64,000 nt of DNA from an uncultured Balneolaceae bacterium (GTDB lineage: Bacteria > Bacteroidota > Rhodothermia > Balneolales > Balneolaceae): assembly GCA_964440655.1 (NCBI GenBank), contig CAYTTA010000004.1, forward strand, positions 30,700 through 94,699, in the 5' to 3' direction. Of this stretch, positions 57,424 through 64,000 are shown piece after piece. How positions within the stretch are numbered: the first letter of the stretch is position 1; every line of letters starts with the position of its first letter. Position numbers and translations under genes: made by a program. The notes under the pieces were generated by a model, which did not search any database, was not told where the DNA came from, and was given only the letters and a program-made list of their open reading frames with translations.

Positions 57424-57537
57424 CAATGTATGAGGTGTAATCTGTAGAGAGGTTTTATATTCCGGCCCCTGGTTCAGAACCGGTGAAACAGAGGGCGGTC
57501 CCGATGGCCGCCCACTGTTCGTTTCTTGCAACCGGTG

Positions 57538-58494
57538 TTACCAGGTTCGCTGCTCGAGATAGGGACCCATCTCTTCGAGCGGTACCGGCAGACGATGAAT
57601 TCGGCTGGGGTGCTGGATCCATTGCAGGAAATCCTCTTCGATCTCATCGGTCCACTTGGTGTCGATCTGACCTCCGGTGTAGACACCGGCCTGGATCCGT
57701 TCGTGGGCGAACTCATCCCGCAGAGCAACCAGTTCGGCGGTGATCACAACGTGCTCCACCATGTGGGCCGGAATAAAGAGGACGCCGATTTTTTTGGCCA
57801 GGATCACATCACCCGGGAAGACCGTTACATTACCAATCTGCAGAGGGACGTTGATGCCCAGCAGCATCACCTCCTCCAGGAATGAGGGGTGGAAATCCCG
57901 TGCAAAGACGTTGAACCCATCGATCTGCTCCAGCCCTTCGGCATCCCGGATGGAGGAGTCAAAGACGACTCCGGTTCCGGTACGGTTGAAGATGGTGGTT
58001 CCCAGGTTGTCCCCGATCATCGTTCCCTGGGCAATTTTTCCGAATGCATCGGCTACATAGACATCGCCTTTCTGCAGCATGTCGATGGGCCAGGAGTTCT
58101 GCGGGCCGATATGCCCCAGATTATGACCATCCTCAAGCAGTTTCTCCTGAACATCGGGACGACGGGGCACATAGAGTGCCGTCAGTGCACGGCCCACAAA
58201 AGCCTCATCCTCTTTCAGGATGCGCCAGTTTCCTTCAAACTGATTGCGGTAGCCCATTTCGTTCAGAAGCTGCCATGCATCTTCCAACTTGAGATTCTTG
58301 AGCCGTTCCAGCAGGTCATCCGACACATAAGGACGACCGTCAGGCAGCCGTTCCCCTTCCCACATATAGGTGTAGTATTCCACCTGATCGGGAGAGGCGA
58401 CAACGGGATCCTGCATCACACGAGTCTGTGCACAGGCTGATGTCGTGATCACCAGCGACAGGACGAGGAGTGGAATCGAACGTTTGAACATCAT
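57538..58494 (-). CDS. RraA-family protein (HMG/CHA-aldolase or oxaloacetate-decarboxylase fold) with a signal peptide and an N-terminal extension
   Basis: MMFKRSIPLLVLSLVITTSACAQT is the signal. The core GDVYVADAFGKIAQGTMIGDNLGTTIFNRTGTGVVFDSSIRD matches the RraA-family pattern (GDVlVvD...G..aa..rGv.GvViDG.vRD). Confidence 0.7.
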   Translation of the reverse strand: MMFKRSIPLLVLSLVITTSACAQTRVMQDPVVASPDQVEYYTYMWEGERLPDGRPYVSDDLLERLKNLKLEDAWQLLNEMGYRNQFEGNWRILKEDEAFVGRALTALYVPRRPDVQEKLLEDGHNLGHIGPQNSWPIDMLQKGDVYVADAFGKIAQGTMIGDNLGTTIFNRTGTGVVFDSSIRDAEGLEQIDGFNVFARDFHPSFLEEVMLLGINVPLQIGNVTVFPGDVILAKKIGVLFIPAHMVEHVVITAELVALRDEFAHERIQAGVYTGGQIDTKWTDEIEEDFLQWIQHPSRIHRLPVPLEEMGPYLEQRTW

Positions 58495-58769
58495 GTTTCC
58501 AGATTTAAAAAAAAGTTTGATGGATGGATCTTCCAAGGGTGCTTGTTTCTGACCGGTGCGGTATTTCCGCTACTTTCCAACGTACCCGCATCGGTTTCCC
58601 GGGATCTCCTGTTCTTTCCGGTCCGTCCGGCCCGCGCCCTACCGATCCGGAGGCGCGGGTCTTGACGAACGCCTGAAGTTATAGGAAATCACCCGTCAGG
58701 TCAAAAACAAAACCGCCTGAAACCGGACCGACAGATCAAAAACAATTCCCTGCGGCCGCATTCTCCCGT

Positions 58770-60128
58770 TTATTCTCCCCACGGGGTGGAAGCGATTCCG
58801 TTCAGATCCCAGACGACCCTGCCGGCACGGATGGTCAGTTCAACTTCCAGTTTCTCGTTCCCCGGGATTACGAACCGGCGGGAGTCCTGAAACCCGAAGT
58901 TCCCCTGCCGCACTGCGATGACGGCGATATCTGCTTCGGCTCCTTCACTCAGGTTGCCGAGATCTTCTCGCTTGATGACCTGGGCAGGCTTCCAGGTAGA
59001 AGCTTCAATGACATCCTGAAGGCTCATTCCCATGTTCATAAGCGTGGAAGCGGCGTTGATCATCGTTTTCATCCCGCCATTCATGCTTCCGGTGTGCAGG
59101 TCCGTACTGATGGTGTTCGGCCAGAGTCCCTGCTGTGTTGCAGGAACAGCGTACTCATAGAAGAAGCTTCCGCCCCCGAAACCGACGTCAAAGATGATAC
59201 CATGCTCTTTCGCCTCCAGCATCCGCGGACGGAGCCGGCCATTGTCGTCCACCACGGCGAAGCGGCCGCCATGACCCGTCCCAACCGCCTGTCCGCCGTA
59301 TGCGTGCGTATAGATATCACCCGGCCGGAGTACATTGAAGAAGAGATCTTCAAGCGGCAGAGGCGGATTGGCTCCACCAAAGTCGACCATGACAGGAATT
59401 CCTCCGGCCCGTTCACCGGCTTCGACAGCCCGCCGATAGGGCTCCCAATCATGTCCCGAGTAGTGGGCAATCTTGATTCCCACAATCTCCCTGTGCCGGT
59501 TGGCAACCAGCGCGGTCATTTTGGGATCCATATCATCGAGGTTCTGCTCATACGGAACGACCCCTCTCATTCCGGAGCCCACGATGTTCAAAAAGGAGAG
59601 AACTCGTGTCTGGGAACGGTCGATCACCTGCCGTTTGAAAACGTCAAAATTTCTCCAGCCTGCACCGCCCGCATCGACAGCGGTGGTCACTCCGGAACGG
59701 AATGTGAATCCGTCGGGAGCGAGAGCGGTGAAGCTGTCACTCAGGTAGTGGTCGGGCTTGGTTCCGAAAAAGTGGTGCCCGTGAATGTCGATCAGTCCCG
59801 GAACAACATAGAGACCGCTCACATCCACCACCCTTTCGGCGCTCGATTCGGAAATGTTCGATGCTACCCGGGCGATCTTGTCACCCTGAATGGCCACGTC
59901 CATCTGGCCGTCAATTCCATTTTTGGGGTCGATCACATGCCCCCCTTTCAGAAGGATGTCATACCGGCCGTCGGATGATCCCTGCAGGCCCTGGGTACTG
60001 GAACAGCCGGCTGCGACCAGCATCACCAGTAAAAGTGCAAAGAGTGAGAGAGCGTTGAATTTACCGGTAAACCCGGCTCTGGAAATCGCCGGAAGAGCGG
60101 TCTTCTTGTGCAACATGGACTTTTTCAC
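58770..60128 (-). CDS. amidohydrolase-superfamily metallohydrolase (deacylase/dihydroorotase-like), lipoprotein (paralog A)
   Basis: Lipobox LVAAGCSS, then DILLKGGHVIDPKNG...PGLIDIHGHHF (the HxH metal motif), with the later metal ligands conserved. Confidence 0.8.
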   Translation of the reverse strand: MKKSMLHKKTALPAISRAGFTGKFNALSLFALLLVMLVAAGCSSTQGLQGSSDGRYDILLKGGHVIDPKNGIDGQMDVAIQGDKIARVASNISESSAERVVDVSGLYVVPGLIDIHGHHFFGTKPDHYLSDSFTALAPDGFTFRSGVTTAVDAGGAGWRNFDVFKRQVIDRSQTRVLSFLNIVGSGMRGVVPYEQNLDDMDPKMTALVANRHREIVGIKIAHYSGHDWEPYRRAVEAGERAGGIPVMVDFGGANPPLPLEDLFFNVLRPGDIYTHAYGGQAVGTGHGGRFAVVDDNGRLRPRMLEAKEHGIIFDVGFGGGSFFYEYAVPATQQGLWPNTISTDLHTGSMNGGMKTMINAASTLMNMGMSLQDVIEASTWKPAQVIKREDLGNLSEGAEADIAVIAVRQGNFGFQDSRRFVIPGNEKLEVELTIRAGRVVWDLNGIASTPWGE

Positions 60129-60196
60129 AGTTTGAGTGATGGGTAAGTAAAAAAAGAGAAGCCGGGTCTGCTTTCGCCGGGCCCGGCTTCAAAAAA

Positions 60197-60571
60197 TCAT
60201 TCTTCAATCGCCGCGATGCAGTCGATCTCGACGATGGAGTCGCCCGGAATGCCACCGTAGCAGGCCACGGTGGATCGGACCGGGGGATTGTTGCCGAACC
60301 GGCCGCGATAGGCCTCGTTCATCCCGCTGAAATCCCGGAGGTCATCAAGGAAAACAGTGACCTTCAATACCTTGTTCATGGAAGATCCGGCATTGACCAG
60401 GTCCCGTTCAATGGCGTCCAGACAGGCTGTGGTCGCCTTCCGGATATCCCGCTCGCCACGGGCACCTTTTCCGGAAACATAGACGAGCCCGTTGTGGACA
60501 ACCGCAGCAGACATAAGCGGTGCTCTGCCCTGCTCGATTTCTTCAGTGTCAGGAATTCGTTTGATAGCCAT
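60197..60571 (-). CDS. RidA-family protein, no signal peptide (paralog 3)
   Basis: 124 aa: VVHNGLVYVSGKG...VTVFLDDLRDFSGMNEAYRGRFGNNPPVRSTVACYGGIPGDSIVEIDCIAA. The catalytic-Arg equivalent is present. Confidence 0.85.
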   Translation of the reverse strand: MAIKRIPDTEEIEQGRAPLMSAAVVHNGLVYVSGKGARGERDIRKATTACLDAIERDLVNAGSSMNKVLKVTVFLDDLRDFSGMNEAYRGRFGNNPPVRSTVACYGGIPGDSIVEIDCIAAIEE

Positions 60572-60618
60572 AGATGGTAGTGTCTGAGAGTTGAGTGGAA
60601 CAGTTCAAGAATAGTGGA

Positions 60619-61125
60619 TCAGAGGGCTGCGATGCAATCCATCTCCACGAGGGAATTGCCCGGCACCCCGCCGTAGACAGCCACCGTGGTACGCGCAGGA
60701 GGATTGTTGCCGAAGCGGCCCCTGTACGCTTCATTCATCCCCGCATAGTCCCGGAGATTGTGAAGATAGACCGTCACAAGAAGCGCCTTGTCCATGGAGG
60801 AGCCGACACGGTTCAATTCAGCCTCGATCTTGTCGAGCACCTTCTCGGTATGGACACGGATATCCCCTTCCCCATGCTCTCCTTTCCCGGCAACAAAAAC
60901 GAGCCCCTTGTGCACCGTGACGCCCGAGAAGAGAGGTGTCTGATTCTGGTCATCCCAGTGAAGATCGGGAAGCTTGACGGGAGCCTCTTCCAGTCTGCGG
61001 GTGGCAGCCACAGCGCTCGACCGCGCGGCGGAGAGTCCGAAAAGTCCTGCACCGGCGGCGGCAATGGCACTGAACATCGATTTGATCGCCGACTTTCTGG
61101 TTTGTTTGGTGTTGATCAGATCCAT
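60619..61125 (-). CDS. RidA-family protein with an N-terminal export signal (paralog 4)
   Basis: 168 aa. The N-terminus KQTRKSAIKSMFSAIAAAGAGLFGLSAARSSAVAA looks like a degenerate TAT/Sec signal. The core is closely related to paralogs 3 and 5. Confidence 0.8.
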   Translation of the reverse strand: MDLINTKQTRKSAIKSMFSAIAAAGAGLFGLSAARSSAVAATRRLEEAPVKLPDLHWDDQNQTPLFSGVTVHKGLVFVAGKGEHGEGDIRVHTEKVLDKIEAELNRVGSSMDKALLVTVYLHNLRDYAGMNEAYRGRFGNNPPARTTVAVYGGVPGNSLVEMDCIAAL

Positions 61126-61166
61126 TGAAGACGATGGTTAATGGTTCAGATGAGTGAGTTCATGGA

Positions 61167-61658
61167 TCAGAGAGCCGCGATGCAGTCGATCTCAAGCAGT
61201 GAGCCGCCGGGAATCCCGCGGTAGCAGGCGACCGTCGTCCTTACGGGAGGATTGTTGCCGAACCGTCCACGGTAGGCGGCATTCATGGCGTCGTAATCGC
61301 GCAGGTTGCTCAGGAAGACATTCACCTTCAGAGCCTTGTCCATGGAGGTACCGGCGGCGACCAACTGCTGCTCGATCTTGTCGAGAACCGAGTGTGTGGC
61401 CTTGGTGATGTCGGTTTCGTCATGCTCCCCCATCCCCTTGACGAAGACAAATCCGTCGTGAACCTTGAACTGGGAGATGAGCGGCTGGCGTGCGGACATG
61501 TTGATAAAATCCGGCACTTCGGTTACGGACGGTTTTCTAGATGCCGCCTGGGCGATACCAAGAGATCCGGCAACGGATGCCACCATGGAGGCGAAGACCG
61601 TCTTGAGCATTTTACGCCGGGAGCTTTTCATGCCAGCGTTATGATTCAGATTGTCCAT
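61167..61658 (-). CDS. RidA-family protein with a twin-arginine signal (paralog 5)
   Basis: 163 aa. SSRRKMLKTVFASMVASVAGSLGIAQAAS fits the S/T-R-R-x-F/L-L-K TAT consensus, followed by a RidA core with PPVRTTVACY. Confidence 0.8.
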   Translation of the reverse strand: MDNLNHNAGMKSSRRKMLKTVFASMVASVAGSLGIAQAASRKPSVTEVPDFINMSARQPLISQFKVHDGFVFVKGMGEHDETDITKATHSVLDKIEQQLVAAGTSMDKALKVNVFLSNLRDYDAMNAAYRGRFGNNPPVRTTVACYRGIPGGSLLEIDCIAAL

Positions 61659-61789
61659 ATTCGATTTCCTTTGACTTGATTGCAGTTACAGCCGTTGTAG
61701 AAATCGGGCGGACTCCGGTGGCCGGAGTTGATCCGGCACCGGTGGAGTCCGTTTCCGATTCATCGGTGGAAAATCCTGAATCCACCTGC

Positions 61790-63082
61790 CTAGTTGGGGT
61801 TCCAGCGGGGAGAAGCGATCCCGTTCAGATCCCATACCACCCGGCCGGCACGCAGGGTGAGTTCTGCCTCCAGCTTCTGATTGCCGGGGATGACAAAACG
61901 GCGGGAATCCTGGAATCCGAACTCTCCTTCCTGCAGGCTGAAGACAGCGACGTCTGCCACTGCTCCTTCGCTCAGATGCCCCAGCTCCTCACGCTGAATC
62001 ACCTGGGCAGGTTTCCAGGTGGAAGCCTCGATCGCCTTGTCGAGCGGCATGCCCAGGTTCATCATGGTCGATACAGCGTTAAGCATGTTTTTCATGCCGC
62101 CATTCATGCTTCCCGTGTGGAGGTCGGTGCTGATGGTGTTGGGCCAGAGTCCCTGCTCGATGGCGGGCAGAGCCACCTCATAAAAGAAGCTGCCGCCTCC
62201 GAATCCGACGTCAAAGATGATACCACGCTCCTGTGCTTCCAGCATACGCGGTCGGAGTCTTCCGTTCTCGTCCGTTACAGCCTGCCGTCCGGAGGTTCCG
62301 CCGCCATAGGCGTGGGTGTAGATATCTCCCGGGCGGAGGATGTCGAAGAAGAGGGTCTCGAGAGCCAGAGCGGGCCGGGCGCTTCCGAAGTCCACCATTA
62401 CCGGAATGCCGGCTGCCTCGGCGGCCTGTACAGCGCGTCGGTAGGGCTCCCAGTCATGACCGTTGTAGTGGGCGATCTTTACCCCTACAATGTGGTTTCG
62501 GTAGCGGTTGGCCACCAGACCTGTCATCTTGGGATCGAAATCGTTGAGGTTCTGCTCGTGAATCCCGCTCATCCCCTCACCGGTGATGTTGATGAACGCG
62601 AGTACCCGGGTCTGAGAGCGGTCGATCACCTGCTCCTTGAAGTGAGCGAAGTTTCTCCATCCGGAACCACCCACATCCACGACTGTGGTCACACCGGCAC
62701 GGAAGGTAAATCCGTCGGGAGGAAGAGCGTTGAAGCTGTTGCTGTATCCGCGTCCCGGAACGGTTCCGTGGTAGTTGTGGGAGTGAATGTCGATCAGACC
62801 GGGAGTGACATACATTCCGCGGGCGTTGACCACACGACGTGCACTCCGCTCGGAGATGTTGGAGGCCACCCGGGCGATGACACCGTCACTGATGGCGACA
62901 TCCATCCTGCCGTTGATTCCGTTTTTCGGGTCGATCACATGCCCTCCTTTGATCAGGATGTCGTACTCCTGGGCCTGTGCCGTTGCCGGTGAGAAGATCA
63001 GAACACCCAGAAGCAGCGCCAGCGGCATCGCGCCGCCCAGCTTCCGGACGAATTGATGAACAATGTGAAGAATGTGGTTCAT
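61790..63082 (-). CDS. amidohydrolase-superfamily metallohydrolase, Sec signal (paralog B)
   Basis: 430 aa, collinear with paralog A and about three-quarters identical by eye. It has a signal ending ATAQAQ and the HxH motif PGLIDIHSHNY. Confidence 0.8.
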   Translation of the reverse strand: MNHILHIVHQFVRKLGGAMPLALLLGVLIFSPATAQAQEYDILIKGGHVIDPKNGINGRMDVAISDGVIARVASNISERSARRVVNARGMYVTPGLIDIHSHNYHGTVPGRGYSNSFNALPPDGFTFRAGVTTVVDVGGSGWRNFAHFKEQVIDRSQTRVLAFINITGEGMSGIHEQNLNDFDPKMTGLVANRYRNHIVGVKIAHYNGHDWEPYRRAVQAAEAAGIPVMVDFGSARPALALETLFFDILRPGDIYTHAYGGGTSGRQAVTDENGRLRPRMLEAQERGIIFDVGFGGGSFFYEVALPAIEQGLWPNTISTDLHTGSMNGGMKNMLNAVSTMMNLGMPLDKAIEASTWKPAQVIQREELGHLSEGAVADVAVFSLQEGEFGFQDSRRFVIPGNQKLEAELTLRAGRVVWDLNGIASPRWNPN

Positions 63083-63165
63083 AATGAGTGGATGTTTAGC
63101 TGAACTGAATTGATATTTTAGTTGGGTAAATTCTGCAACCCTTTGCAGGTCATTTGATTCAATTA

Positions 63166-64000
63166 TCAGGCAGAAGCTTTTTCGAGCTCCTCCCGGATCC
63201 GCCGCCCGACAATCTCCGCTTCATTGGGCTGCATCATCGCCACGTTGAGATTGAGTCCGTCACGGCCGCCTGAAGTTTCAATGGAGGGGTATCCGTTGCG
63301 GAGTGCCTGGACCATTTCGCCCGGTGTAATGCGGATGCGGTTCTGGTCCCAGGTGATCCGGCTTCCTGGAAAGACGTTGGAGGGTCCTTCCGGAATCACC
63401 AGCTCGGTCTGGACATGCGGGACAGATGCAGCCTGCCGGTTGATGGTCTCCACCCGGTCGAGCCACTCCTGCCACTCCGCCTCATGATCCTTGTTGATGT
63501 AGTTCTCCAGAGCGACCATCATGGCGACCATCTCCTCCTTGTTCACTTTCATTCCGCGGCCGATGGTGTCGCCGTTCGGTGAGTGGTTCATCTTGGCCGC
63601 TTCGATCAGATCTTTGCGTCCATAGAGAAGACCGGCACTCTGCGGTCCCCGGATTCCCTTACCTCCGGAGAAGGTAACCAGGTCGAAGCCCATCTTCAGG
63701 TATTTGAACAGATTCTCCACCGGAGGCACATCCGCGGCCGCATCAATAAAGCTGACGATGTTGTGCTTCCGGCAGATCTCGACAAACTGCTCACGGGAGA
63801 TCAGGTGTTCCCTGGCCGCATTGAAGTTCAGGGCCATCACGGTATTCTCATTGATCTTCCTCTCCATATCCCGGGCGGAGTCCACCTCGACAATCTTCAC
63901 GCCGCAATTACGGACCGCATGGTCATAACCGAAGCGGTGGGTCCGCTGCATGATCACCTCTCTTCGCGGGCCGGGAATATCGGGAAGAGCCCGGATCAGC
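63166..64000 (-). CDS. SelA-like (L-seryl-tRNA selenium transferase-related, DgaE-like) PLP-dependent enzyme, 5' end outside the window
   Basis: FSGGKGIRGPQSAGLLYGRKDLI matches the SelA-family PLP-lysine motif (FSGdK.lGGPQaG). The frame stays open to the window edge. Confidence 0.7.
   Translation of the reverse strand, partial: LIRALPDIPGPRREVIMQRTHRFGYDHAVRNCGVKIVEVDSARDMERKINENTVMALNFNAAREHLISREQFVEICRKHNIVSFIDAAADVPPVENLFKYLKMGFDLVTFSGGKGIRGPQSAGLLYGRKDLIEAAKMNHSPNGDTIGRGMKVNKEEMVAMMVALENYINKDHEAEWQEWLDRVETINRQAASVPHVQTELVIPEGPSNVFPGSRITWDQNRIRITPGEMVQALRNGYPSIETSGGRDGLNLNVAMMQPNEAEIVGRRIREELEKASA

Overview
A GC-rich bacterial chromosomal window with almost no non-coding space and most genes on the minus strand. 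Gene content (lipoprotein-type signals, CRTAC1/ASPIC proteins, an ebo cluster) suggests a Bacteroidota-like lineage such as Rhodothermota or Balneolota; this is inference only. No rRNA, tRNA, CRISPR array, transposase or integrase was found. (1) Positions 1-29.7 kb are mainly housekeeping: a nadD 3' fragment, an LD-carboxypeptidase, der, an isolated nuoI, rimB-rimK, a speH-pdaD-speE polyamine operon, an ECF sigma factor, holA, asnS, an M16 peptidase, the conserved rimP-nusA-infB-rbfA-truB-ribF-rpsO-pnp array, fbp, coaE, and prfB with its programmed +1 frameshift. (2) Positions 29.7-35.7 kb hold two ABC exporter half-transporters flanking an RNase Z-like gene, plus an FAD oxidoreductase. (3) Positions 35.8-51.2 kb hold all six ebo gene families (eboA-F, product unknown), split into divergent halves around dgoK and eda. 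The eboDEF half is packed tightly against a 1,232-aa TPR/FG-GAP lipoprotein, a CRTAC1/ASPIC protein and an RnfD-like membrane protein. (4) Positions 51.2-64 kb hold a mostly exported catabolic island: a GMC oxidoreductase with a TAT small subunit, a CBM9-like protein, a BASS symporter, an exported RraA-like protein, two paralogous amidohydrolases, five RidA paralogs and a SelA-like PLP enzyme. Blocks 3 and 4 are the best candidates for uncharacterised biology. All functional calls rest on motif and family recognition by eye. No database search was run.
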